A stretch of 64,000 bases of DNA from positions 1,376,001-1,440,000 of the forward strand of contig CAVTTN010000002.1 of the NCBI GenBank assembly GCA_963737655.1, read 5' to 3'. Position 1 is the first letter of the stretch. The number at the start of each line of letters is the position of its first letter. Source of the DNA: an uncultured Planctomycetota bacterium (GTDB taxonomy: Bacteria > Planctomycetota > Planctomycetia > Isosphaerales > Isosphaeraceae). This document shows positions 32,693 to 42,413 of the stretch, piece after piece. Below the pieces are notes generated by a model. That model saw only the letters and a list, made by a program, of their open reading frames with translations, had not been told where the DNA came from and did no database searches. Both the position numbers and the translations under genes were made by a program.

Positions 32693-33922
32693 ATGACTGG
32701 TAGGACCGAAAAAACGCACCGCGGTGAAGCAGGGACGCCTTCACGCATCCTGTCGATCAATGGCGGGTCGTCGAGCCTCAAGTTTGCGATCTACGACCGG
32801 AGCGATCCGCCCGAGCGGCTCCTGACGGGTCGGTTCGATCGGATCGGATCGGAGGATGCGCGGTGGGTCGTCGTCGAGGCCGGCGGCGGTCTCGCGGTCG
32901 ATCGTCGGGCCGATGTCCCGGATCAGGGGGCGGCGGTCCGCGAGCTGATCGATTGGCTCGAAGCCTCGGTCGGTTTCGCGGAGATCGCCGCGGTCGGACA
33001 TCGGGTCGTCCACGGGGGGAGCCGTTACTTCCGGCCCGAACGCATCACGCCCGAATTGATCGAGGGATTGCGCGGGATCATCTCGTATGACCCGGATCAC
33101 ATGCCCGGCGAGATCGCGCTGATCGAGGCGTTCCGCGAGCATGACCCCGACCTGCCGCAGGTGGCGTGCTTCGACACCGCGTTCCATCACGACATGCCTC
33201 GCGTCGCCCGGATCGTGCCGATCCCCCGGCGGTACGAGGCGCAGGGTGTCCGTCGCTATGGCTTCCATGGCCTGTCGTATGAGTATCTGATGGGGGAGCT
33301 GGCCCGGGTCGCCGGGCCGGAGGAGGCTCGGGGCCGGGTGATCCTGGCCCACCTCGGCTCGGGCGCGAGCCTCGCGGCGGTCCGGCAGGGCCATCCGATC
33401 GACACGACGATGGGCTTCACGCCGGCCTCCGGGCTGGTCATGGGGACGCGCACCGGCGACCTCGATCCGGGCCTCGTCCGGTTCCTGTCGCGGTCCGAGG
33501 GGATGACGGCCGATCGGTTCGACGGCCTCGTGAACCACGAATCCGGCCTGCTCGGCGTCTCGGAGACGAGCTCGGACGTCCGCGATCTCCTGGCCCGTCA
33601 GGACGGCGATGTCCGGGCGGGCGAGGCGATCGAATTGTTCTGCTACCAGGCCAGGAAGTGGCTGGGGGCCTTCGCCGCCGCGCTCGGCGGGGTGGATTCC
33701 CTGGTGTTCGCCGGGGGGATCGGCGAGAACTCGCCCGAGATCCGCCGCCGCATCTGTGACGGCCTGGGATTCCTCGGCATCGCCCTCGACGCCGGGCGGA
33801 ACGCTTCCGGGGCCTCGCTGATCTCGCCCGACGACGGGCCGGTCAAGGTCCGGGTCATCCCCACCGACGAAGAGACGGTGATCGCCAGGGCCGCGGCCCG
33901 GCTCGCGGGCAGGCCGTCGTAA
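32693..33922 (+). CDS. ackA: Acetate/propionate kinase
   Basis: INGGSSSLKF, GHRVVHGG, FDTAFH, YGFHG, HLGSGAS, TMGFTP, PTDEE. Confidence 0.95.
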   Translation: MTGRTEKTHRGEAGTPSRILSINGGSSSLKFAIYDRSDPPERLLTGRFDRIGSEDARWVVVEAGGGLAVDRRADVPDQGAAVRELIDWLEASVGFAEIAAVGHRVVHGGSRYFRPERITPELIEGLRGIISYDPDHMPGEIALIEAFREHDPDLPQVACFDTAFHHDMPRVARIVPIPRRYEAQGVRRYGFHGLSYEYLMGELARVAGPEEARGRVILAHLGSGASLAAVRQGHPIDTTMGFTPASGLVMGTRTGDLDPGLVRFLSRSEGMTADRFDGLVNHESGLLGVSETSSDVRDLLARQDGDVRAGEAIELFCYQARKWLGAFAAALGGVDSLVFAGGIGENSPEIRRRICDGLGFLGIALDAGRNASGASLISPDDGPVKVRVIPTDEETVIARAAARLAGRPS

Positions 33923-33975
33923 CCATCCCTTGACCACGAATTCGCGCCGAACGAACCCGATGGAGGAGCTCCCTG

Positions 33976-36360
33976 ATGTCGCTCGTCGAAGTCGAGAAGG
34001 CCACCCTGACGCGGGACCAACTCCGCAAGATCGACGCTTACTGGCGGGCCGCCAATTACCTGTCGGTCGGCCAGATCTACCTCTGCGACAATCCCTTGCT
34101 CCGCGAGCCCCTGGAGCTCGAGCACGTCAAGCAACTGCTCCTGGGACACTGGGGGACGACCCCGGGCCAGAACTTCATCTACGCGCACCTGAACCGGGTC
34201 ATCAAGGAACATGACCTGAACATGATCTACATGTCCGGCCCCGGGCACGGCGCCCCGGCGGTGGTGGGCAACGTCTACCTCGAAGGCACCTACAGCGAGG
34301 TCTACCCGAACATCGGCCGGGACGAGGCCGGCTTGAAGAGGCTGTTCCAGCAGTTCTCCTTCCCCGGAGGGATCTCCAGCCACGTCTCGCCGCAGACCCC
34401 GGGCTCGATCCACGAGGGTGGCGAGCTGGGCTATTCGCTCAGCCATGCCTTCGGCGCCGCGTTCGACAACCCCGACCTGGTCGTCGCCTGCGTCGTCGGC
34501 GACGGCGAGGCCGAGACCGGCCCCCTGGCGACCGCCTGGCATTCCAACAAGTTCCTCGACCCCGTGACCGACGGCGTGGTCCTGCCGATCCTCCACCTCA
34601 ACGGCTACAAGATCTCCGAGCCGACGGTCCTGGCCCGGATCACCCACGAGGAGCTGGAGAGCCTGCTGGTCGGCTACGGCTGGACACCTCACTTCGTCGA
34701 GGGGACCGACCCGGACACGATGCACCAGGAGATGGCCGAGACCTTCGATCGGGTGATCGAGCGAGTCCACCAGATCCGGCACGAAGCCCGGGTCCACGGC
34801 GACCTCGCCCGCCCCCGCTGGCCGATGATCGTCCTCCGATCGCTCAAGGGCTGGACCGGGCCGAAGTTCGTCGATGGCGAGCCGGTCGAGGGGACCTTCC
34901 GATCGCACCAGGTCCCGCTGTCGGTCTCGGCCACGGCCCCTCCCGAGCACCTCAAGCAGCTCGAAGCTTGGCTGAGGAGCTACAGGCCGGAAGAACTCTT
35001 CGACGAGGGCGGTCGGCTGATCCCCGAGCTGGCCGACCTCGCGCCCGAGGGCGATCGGCGGATGGGCTCCAATCCCCACGCCAACGGCGGGAAGCTGCTC
35101 CGCGAGCTGGACATGCCCGACTTCCGCGCCTTCGCGGTGGACGTGCCCGCGCCCACCGCCGTCAATGCCGGCAACGTCCACGTGCTCGGCCCGTTCCTCC
35201 GCGACGTGCTCAAGAAGAACGAGGAACCGAGGAACTTCCGGGTCTTCGGCCCCGACGAGACGATCTCGAATCGGCTCGAAGCGGTCTTCGAGGTCACCAA
35301 CAGGCAGTGGGATGGCGAGATCGTGGGGAATGACCAGTTCCTCGCGCCCGGCGGGGGCGTCATGGAGATGCTCAGCGAACACCAGTGCGAGGGCTGGCTC
35401 GAAGGATACCTCCTGACCGGGCGCCACGGGATCTTCAACAGCTACGAGGCGTTCATCCGGATCGTCGACTCGATGTTCACCCAGCACGCCAAGTGGCTGA
35501 AGATGTGCGACGAGCTTCCCTGGCGGCGGAAGATCGCCTCGCTGAACTACCTGCTGACCTCCCACGTCTGGCGGCAGGACCACAACGGCTTCACGCACCA
35601 GGACCCCGGATTCATCGACCATGTCCTCAACAAGAAGTCGGAGATGGTCCGCGTGTACCTCCCGCCGGACGCCAACTGCCTGCTCTCGACCATGGACCAT
35701 TGCCTGAGGAGCCTGAACTACATCAACCTCGTGGTCTGCGGCAAGCACGAGGCCCCGCAATGGCTGACCATGGACGCCGCCATCGACCACTGCACGCAAG
35801 GGATCGGCATCTGGCAATGGGCCAGCAACGATCAAGGGGGCGAGCCCGACGTCGTGATGGCGTGCTGCGGCGACGTGCCCACCCTGGAGACGCTGGCCGC
35901 CGTCTCCATCCTCCGCGAGCACCTGCCCGAGCTGAAGATCCGGGTCGTCAACGTCGTCGATCTGATGAAGCTGGAGCCCGCCACCGAGGGCCCCCACGGG
36001 ATGAGCGACGCCCAGTACGAAGCGCTCTTCACCCGGGACAAGCACATCATCTTCGCCTTCCACGGCTATCCCTGGCTGGTCCATCGGCTCACATACCGCC
36101 GGGCCAATCGCAACCTGCACGTCCGTGGCTACAAGGAAGAGGGCACGATCACGACGGCCTTCGACATGACGGTCCTGAACGACATGGACCGGTTCCACCT
36201 GGTGATGGACACGATCGATCGGCTTCCGAACATGGGAACCAGGGGAGACGACCTCAAGCGGCGACTCGAAGAAAAGCTGATCGAGCACAAGCGATTCATC
36301 GACGAGAACGGCATCGACATGCCGGAGATCCGCGACTGGAAATGGGGCGTCCCCCGGTGA
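33976..36360 (+). CDS. xfp: Xylulose-5-P/fructose-6-P phosphoketolase
   Basis: [40 protein letters not shown]. Confidence 0.95.
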   Translation: MSLVEVEKATLTRDQLRKIDAYWRAANYLSVGQIYLCDNPLLREPLELEHVKQLLLGHWGTTPGQNFIYAHLNRVIKEHDLNMIYMSGPGHGAPAVVGNVYLEGTYSEVYPNIGRDEAGLKRLFQQFSFPGGISSHVSPQTPGSIHEGGELGYSLSHAFGAAFDNPDLVVACVVGDGEAETGPLATAWHSNKFLDPVTDGVVLPILHLNGYKISEPTVLARITHEELESLLVGYGWTPHFVEGTDPDTMHQEMAETFDRVIERVHQIRHEARVHGDLARPRWPMIVLRSLKGWTGPKFVDGEPVEGTFRSHQVPLSVSATAPPEHLKQLEAWLRSYRPEELFDEGGRLIPELADLAPEGDRRMGSNPHANGGKLLRELDMPDFRAFAVDVPAPTAVNAGNVHVLGPFLRDVLKKNEEPRNFRVFGPDETISNRLEAVFEVTNRQWDGEIVGNDQFLAPGGGVMEMLSEHQCEGWLEGYLLTGRHGIFNSYEAFIRIVDSMFTQHAKWLKMCDELPWRRKIASLNYLLTSHVWRQDHNGFTHQDPGFIDHVLNKKSEMVRVYLPPDANCLLSTMDHCLRSLNYINLVVCGKHEAPQWLTMDAAIDHCTQGIGIWQWASNDQGGEPDVVMACCGDVPTLETLAAVSILREHLPELKIRVVNVVDLMKLEPATEGPHGMSDAQYEALFTRDKHIIFAFHGYPWLVHRLTYRRANRNLHVRGYKEEGTITTAFDMTVLNDMDRFHLVMDTIDRLPNMGTRGDDLKRRLEEKLIEHKRFIDENGIDMPEIRDWKWGVPR

Positions 36361-36876
36361 ACCGATGCTCCTTGACCGAGACTGCGGGGGCACTCGTCGC
36401 CGACGACAAGGGCTTGCTGGCGATGGACGAGAGCATCGCCACCTGCGACAGGCGATTCGCCGCGCCCGGCATCACTCAGACCGAGGAGGCCCGACGCGCC
36501 TATCGGGAGTTGCTCGTCACCACGCCCGGTCTCGGCGAATCGATCGGCGGTGTGATCCTCTTCGACGAGACGATCCGCCATCCGATGCCTCCTGGAAGTC
36601 GTCCCGGCCGCCGTTCCGGGGGTCGCATTCCTCTCGGGCGGCCAGCCCGCCGAACTCGCCTCGGCCCGCCTGAACGCCATGAACGTCCGGTTCAACGGCC
36701 GGATGCCCTGGGCCCTGGCGTTCTCGTTCGGCCGGGCCATCCAGCAACCGGCCCTGGAGATCTGGCGGGGCAAGCACGCGAACGTGCCAGCGGCCCAGGC
36801 GGCCTTGCTCCATCGGGCCCGGTGCAATCGGGCCGCTCGCCGAGGCGATTACGACGCCGCGAAGGACACGCCATGA
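36357..36876 (+). pseudogene. fba: Class I fructose-bisphosphate aldolase with large internal deletion
   Basis: KGLLAMDES..VILFDETIR joined out of frame at ~36580 to VPGVAFLSGGQ..FSFGRAIQ; central region missing. Confidence 0.85.
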
Positions 36877-37475
36877 ACGAACCACTCCCCGAGGTCGACC
36901 TGGCCCGTCACGGCGAGACGGCATGGTCGTTGTCGGGCCGGCACACCGGCCGGACCGACATCCCCCTGGCCGAGAAGGGCGAGAGCAATGCGCGCAAGCT
37001 CCGGCGAAGGCTCGAAGCCATCCGGTTCACCGAGGTCCTGGTCAGCCCTCTCCAGCGAGCGAGGCGGACCTGCGAGCTGGCGGGCTTCGCGGAGGTCGCC
37101 CAGCTCACCCCGGACCTCATGGAGTGGGATTACGGCGAATACGAGGGCCGGCTCACCTCGGACATCCGCCGCGACCGCCCGGGCTGGCCTCTCTTCCGCG
37201 ACGGCTGCCCCGGGGGTGAGTCGATCGCCATGGTGGGTGGTCGAGCCGACCGCGTGATCGCCCGCCTCCGGGCCGATGGCGGCCGCATCCTCCTCTTCGG
37301 CCACGGCCATTTCTCCCGAATCCTCGCCGCTCGCCGGATCGGCCTGCCCCCGGGCGGCGCGAGCCGCCTCATGCTGACAACCGCATCCGTGAGCATCCTG
37401 AGCGACGAGCATACCCTGGACGACCCGGCCATCCTCCTCTGGAACGATGACCACCATCTGAATCCTGCCCTCTGA
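36873..37475 (+). CDS. Histidine phosphatase (phosphoglycerate mutase superfamily)
   Basis: RHGETAWS, SPLQRARRT, EWDYGEYEG, GHGH. Confidence 0.9.
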   Translation: MNEPLPEVDLARHGETAWSLSGRHTGRTDIPLAEKGESNARKLRRRLEAIRFTEVLVSPLQRARRTCELAGFAEVAQLTPDLMEWDYGEYEGRLTSDIRRDRPGWPLFRDGCPGGESIAMVGGRADRVIARLRADGGRILLFGHGHFSRILAARRIGLPPGGASRLMLTTASVSILSDEHTLDDPAILLWNDDHHLNPAL

Positions 37476-37679
37476 ATCCTCCTCAGGCCGACGGATCTCC
37501 CGCGGCGGTTGCCATACGGTCATGGCCAGGGTCGAACCGGAGTGTCTACCAGCGGGAATCCTCCTCAATTCCGAAGCGACCATCCCAGGAGTCGAGCCTG
37601 AGTCCGATCGAGCCGCGAACGGGGCCTGTCTCGTCGGCGGCGGCCTCAGCGGCAGGGAGGCCGGTCGTCCGGGCCCTCG

Positions 37680-37964
37680 CGATCCTGGAGAGGGGGGGCG
37701 GCCGGTCATCAACGCCATTCCCAAGGAGGACGCCGACGAGGACGCCCTGCCTGGGCTCGACCGTCCCAAGCACCTCTGGCTCGCGAAGGAGATCAAGAGC
37801 GTCGCCATCGTCACTCGGGCCCACGTCCGCGAGGCTCCTCGCCCTGGCGGCCGAGGTCCCACTCAAGCCCCGGGTCCAGGAATATGAACCGTCGGACGCG
37901 AACCGGCCTTGGTCGAGATCGAGCGAGGGGAGGCCTGGGGGGCGAAAGTGCTGCGCATCCCCTG
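37680..37964 (+). pseudogene. C-terminal remnant of a zinc-binding alcohol dehydrogenase family protein
   Basis: GGRPVINAIPKED..HLWLAKEIKSVA..; another frame ends GAKVLRIP*. Confidence 0.55.
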
Positions 37965-38175
37965 ACCGACCGCCTCATTCAAGCCATGCCTGAGGCCCCG
38001 ACGACCCCTTCGACGCCACGACCGTTTCACGCCGGATCTTCCCCATAGGTACGGCCCGGACTCGATTCGTCCCGATCGGCCATCGGCCCCTGCCTTCGCT
38101 CGGATTCCGGCCTTCTCGCGCGAGTCGCCCGCGGTGGTGCTGCTTCGCTCCAGAACCTCGGGATTACATACGGCA

Positions 38176-40146
38176 ATGAACCTCGAAACGCGATCCTCCG
38201 ATGCGGCGGCTCTCCAATACGCTGAGGAGATCCTGGCGACGCTGCGGGAACCATTCTTGGTTCTCGACCGGGACCTCCGGATCATGACGGCCAACGCCTC
38301 CTTCTACCGGGCGTTCCACGCCTCGGAACCGGAGACGGTGGGGCATTTCCTCCATGAACTCGGCGACGGCCAGTGGAATATCCCGGCCCTCCGGGCCTTG
38401 CTGGGGGAGGCGATCCCCAAGGCGATCTCGGTCCAGGAGTTCGAGGTCGAGCACGACTTCCCGGCGATCGGCCCCAGGAGCATGCCGCTCAACGCCCGAC
38501 GCTTCCCGCCGGATGGCGAACACCCGACCCTGGTGCTGCTGGCGATCCGGGATGTCACCGAGCGGAAGAGGTCGGAGGCGGCGCTCCGGGACTCCGAACT
38601 CCGGTTCCGCCGCCTGTTCCTGACCGCCAAGGACGGCATCCTCATCCTCGACGCCGACGACGGGAAGATCATCGAGGCCAACCCGTTTATGGGCGGACTG
38701 CTGGGCTATGAACTCGGCGACTTCCTGGGCAAGGAACTCTGGGAGATCGGCCTCTTCCAGGACAAGGAGGCCAACCGGGAGGCCTACAGGGTGTTGCGAG
38801 CGACGGGCTATATCCGCTACGAGAACCTGCCCCTGAGGACCAAGGGCGGGGATGAGGTGGAGGTCGAGTTCGTCAGCAACCTCTACATGGTGGGAGACCG
38901 GCAGGTCGCCCAGTGCAATATCCGGGACATCACCCGGCGTAGCCGGATGGAGAGGGAAGCCATGACGCAGGCGACGGCGATGGCCGACCTCCACCGCCGC
39001 AAGGACGAGTCCCTGGCGATGCTTTCCCACGAGCTTCGCAACCCGCTCTCGCCGATCCTCAACGCGGTCCACCTGCTCCGCCTCCAGGTCGGGGAGAATC
39101 TCATCCAGAGAGAGGCCCGCGACATCATCGAGAGGCAGGTCGGGCAGCTTTCCCGCCTGGTTGACGACCTGCTGGAGGTCGCCGTCTTCACCAGCGGAAA
39201 GATTCGCCTTCAGGCGGTGCGCCTGGACATGAGAGGCGTCGTGGAGCGAGCGGCCGAATCGGCCCGCCCCTTGATCATCCGCCGCGGTCATGTCTTGACC
39301 CTGGATCTGCCCGGGGAGCCGATCTGGTTGATCGCCGACCCGGCCCGTCTTGAGCAGGTCGTGGTCAACCTCCTGAACAACGCCGCGAAGTACACCGACG
39401 AGGGGGGGCGAATCTGGCTCGGAATACGGAGTGAAGGGGGCGCGATGGTCCTGAGCGTCCGCGACACGGGGATCGGCATCGACGTCAAGCAATTTCCCGA
39501 CATCTTCGACCTGTTCACGCAGGCGGCCAGGTCGCTGGATCGCGCCCAGGGCGGTCTGGGCATCGGGCTGTCCCTGGTGCAGCGGCTGGTCGAGATGCAC
39601 CAAGGGACGGTCGAGGTTCGGAGTGGAGGGTTGGGGCGGGGCAGCGAATTCCTCATCAGGCTCCCCATGCCGATGACCGAGGAGAGCGAGCCGCCCCCGG
39701 ACCTCGAAACGCCGGCCGGGCGTCCGACTCACGGCGGGCGGGTGCTCGTGGTCGATGACAACGTGGATTCCGCCGAGACCCTGGCAAAGTTGCTGAGGAG
39801 ATCAGGTCATGAAGTCAGGACCGCTTACTCGGGGCCGGCCGCTCCGGTGGCGGCCGGAGAACAGTTGCCGGACGTGGTGTTGCTGGATATCGGCCTGCCG
39901 GGCCTCGATGGCTATGAGGTCGCCCGGCGACTCCGACAGGACGCACGGCTCAAGGACGTGCGGCTCGTCGCCATGACCGGCTACGGGCAGGAATCCGACC
40001 TGCAACTCGCCAGGGAGGCCGGCTTCGACCAACATGCGGTCAAGCCGGTGAACTTCCCGAAGGTGCTAGAACTCCTCGCGACGCCCCCCGCAACGCCCCG
40101 GCCAGCCTGCCGACCCGCGCCCGGTCCTGCGCATCGGCCGGCGTGA
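38176..40146 (+). CDS. Two-PAS hybrid histidine kinase/receiver; tail runs into the IS remnant
   Basis: Two PAS domains, SHELRNPL, NLLNNAAKYT, DTGIG, GGLGIGL, VVDDN..LLDIGLP. Confidence 0.9.
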   Translation: MNLETRSSDAAALQYAEEILATLREPFLVLDRDLRIMTANASFYRAFHASEPETVGHFLHELGDGQWNIPALRALLGEAIPKAISVQEFEVEHDFPAIGPRSMPLNARRFPPDGEHPTLVLLAIRDVTERKRSEAALRDSELRFRRLFLTAKDGILILDADDGKIIEANPFMGGLLGYELGDFLGKELWEIGLFQDKEANREAYRVLRATGYIRYENLPLRTKGGDEVEVEFVSNLYMVGDRQVAQCNIRDITRRSRMEREAMTQATAMADLHRRKDESLAMLSHELRNPLSPILNAVHLLRLQVGENLIQREARDIIERQVGQLSRLVDDLLEVAVFTSGKIRLQAVRLDMRGVVERAAESARPLIIRRGHVLTLDLPGEPIWLIADPARLEQVVVNLLNNAAKYTDEGGRIWLGIRSEGGAMVLSVRDTGIGIDVKQFPDIFDLFTQAARSLDRAQGGLGIGLSLVQRLVEMHQGTVEVRSGGLGRGSEFLIRLPMPMTEESEPPPDLETPAGRPTHGGRVLVVDDNVDSAETLAKLLRRSGHEVRTAYSGPAAPVAAGEQLPDVVLLDIGLPGLDGYEVARRLRQDARLKDVRLVAMTGYGQESDLQLAREAGFDQHAVKPVNFPKVLELLATPPATPRPACRPAPGPAHRPA

Positions 40147-40598
40147 CGTGCAGCGCCAGCAGGTGCCCCAGCGTGTCGACCGTCACCGGCCCGCGCCCCG
40201 CTCTCCGGCGTGGACCGGATCGTGCGGCCGTCGAGGACGGCGGCGGTGGGCTCGGGCTCGCGGCCTTCGGCGAACCGCAGGACGGCGCGGAGGTCGCCGA
40301 CGGTCGCCTCGAAGCAGCCGGCGGCCAGCCGGCGGCGGGTCTGCTAGTAGACGGCCTCCCGGGGCGGGAAGTCCTCGGGGAGCTAGAGCCAGGGGGCACC
40401 GGCGCGGACCAGCCCGCGCAGCGCGTCGAAGACGTCGCGCAGGCCGTGTTCGCGTTGGCCGGCGCCCTCCGGGAGGAGGCGGAGGTAGGGGAGGGCGAAC
40501 TCCCATTCCGGGTCGGAGACGTCGCTGGGGTAGGGTTGGTGTGTGATCACGCCCTCAACTACGTCCGCAACTGGGCTAGAGGTTCATGACACGCCCTA
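40100..40598 (-). mobile_element. Degenerate IS5-family (IS1031-like) element
   Basis: YPSDVSDPEW, LPEDFPP, PTAAVLDGRTIRSTPESG, VDTLGHLLAL with in-frame stops and deletion; end TAGGGCGTGTCATGAACC on the minus strand at 40598. Confidence 0.8.
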
Positions 40599-40692
40599 AC
40601 CAAGAGAACCCTTCGGTGCCCCAGATCCACAAGCCCTGTGTGACCGATCCCGCTACCCTGCCCCCGTCCCGCCCGAGGATCGGTTCTTCAGG

Positions 40693-41549
40693 ATGAAGAG
40701 GGTGGCGAAGATGCTCGCCATCCGCCCCCGGACCTTGTCTCGGTGGCGGTCCGACGGGACCTTCCCCCAGCCGGACCGCCGGCACAGAGGCCGCGCACTC
40801 GGGGCCGCCCTACCGCAAGTTGACCGGCCCCGACCGGGCCCTCTGCGACCGCCTCTGGCGGTCGCCACCGGCCTGCGATACGGGGAGATCGCCGGCATCC
40901 GGCCGGGGTCGTTCGCCCTGGACCGCGTCCCGGCGACGGTGACCGTCGAGGCCGGGTCCACCAAGAACGGCCAGACCGCCGTCCTGGACCTCCCACGGCA
41001 CGGGATGGACGACCTGCGACCCTGGCTGGTGGGACGGCCCCCGGGGACGCCGGTCTTCGACCTGCCCGACAAGGGGTCGGTGATGGTGAGGAGGGACCTG
41101 GGGGCGGCCGGCATCGCGTACCGCGACTCGGCCGGGCTGGTCTTCGACTTCCACGCCTTGCGATGCCAGCATGCCACGCTCCTGGACCTGGCCGGGGTCA
41201 CGCCCCGGGTCGTCCAGAAGCTCATGAGGCACTCGACGCTCGAACTGACCGGACGCTACACGAAGCCGAGGGCGGTGGACCTCGAACGGGCCGCGTCGTC
41301 TCTGCCGACCCTCCGCCCCCGCCCCGAGTCGTCGGGCGCCGCAAAGGCAGCGGCGACGGGCACCGACGGCCCATCCATCAACGATCCCTTTGCCCACTAT
41401 TTGCCCACCGGAGGGGACGGGAAGTGGCGGATCGTGGCGGAAGCTGACGCGAAGGCACACGAAAGCCCGAGCGGGACGAAGGGTTCGCAAACCCTTCCCA
41501 CGTCGGGCCTTGGCGTCGAGAGACGGCCCCTGTCGGGACCTGTCGGCAA
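40693..41549 (+). pseudogene. Tyrosine integrase catalytic domain fused to an excisionase-like HTH fragment
   Basis: VAKMLAIRPRTLSRWRSDG HTH; ATGLR, TKN, FHALR, LMRHST..RY residues; core-binding domain absent. Confidence 0.8.
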
Positions 41550-41623
41550 TAGCGGGGACCGGACTCGAACCGGTGACCTGCGGATTATGAGACCGCCGCT
41601 CTAACCAGCTGAGCTACCCCGCC
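41550..41623 (-). tRNA. tRNA-Met (CAT), probably elongator; CCA not encoded
   Basis: GGCGGGGTAGCTCAGCTGGTTAGAGCGGCGGTCTCATAATCCGCAGGTCACCGGTTCGAGTCCGGTCCCCGCTA folds as a cloverleaf. Confidence 0.95.
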
Positions 41624-41795
41624 GGCGAGATTGGGCATTTTATCGGGGGCGGCGGGCGAATTCAAGCGGGGGGTTGGGCGTCTTCTCCGGAGTTTGCGCG
41701 GCGGGGAAGGCCGTCGGCGGGAGATTTGGGATTCTCCTGGGAATTCTCGGCGCGATCGGGCCGGGGCGGTGACTATGGGGAAGATGGGCCTGCTC

Positions 41796-42413
41796 ATGAG
41801 TTGCCAGGATGATCTGGATCCCGTGCCGCTGTTGGCCCTGGCCAAGGCCGGGGATGGGGCGGCGCTGGGCCTCCTGCTCCAGCGGTATCGGCATTATCTT
41901 TCGTTGCTGGTCCGGCTCCAGATCGGGCGGCGGTTGCGGGGGAAGATCGACGTGGATGACCTCCTTCAGGAACTGTCGTTGGAGGCCCATCGCGACATCG
42001 GCCGGTTCCGCGGGGTGTCGGAGCGGGAGTTCCTGGCGTGGCTCCGGCAGGTCCTGGCGGCGATCCTCTCGAACCAGGTCCGCCATTACCTGGGGACGCT
42101 CCGCCGCGACATCCGCCGGGAGCGGGCCATCGCGCTGGACCTGGAGGCGTCGAGCGAGGCGATGGATCGGGGTTTGATCGCGTCGTCGAGCTCGCCGAGC
42201 CATCAGGCGAGCCGTCGGGAGCAGGCGGTGTTGCTCGCCGATGCCCTGGGGCGCCTGCCCGAGGCGTATCGGGAGGTCATCATCCTCCGCCAACTCGAAG
42301 ACCTGAGCTTCCCGGAGGTCGCCCGGCGGATGGGCCGGAGCGAGGATAGCGTCAAGAACCTCTGGGCGAGGGGACTCGCCCGCCTCCGACGCGCCCTGGA
42401 GGATCCGCGATGA
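41796..42413 (+). CDS. ECF sigma factor, planctomycete type
   Basis: LGLLLQRYRHYL, DDLLQE, SPSHQASRRE, LPEAYREVIILR, EVARRMGRS; start may be 41775 or 41784. Confidence 0.9.
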   Translation: MSCQDDLDPVPLLALAKAGDGAALGLLLQRYRHYLSLLVRLQIGRRLRGKIDVDDLLQELSLEAHRDIGRFRGVSEREFLAWLRQVLAAILSNQVRHYLGTLRRDIRRERAIALDLEASSEAMDRGLIASSSSPSHQASRREQAVLLADALGRLPEAYREVIILRQLEDLSFPEVARRMGRSEDSVKNLWARGLARLRRALEDPR

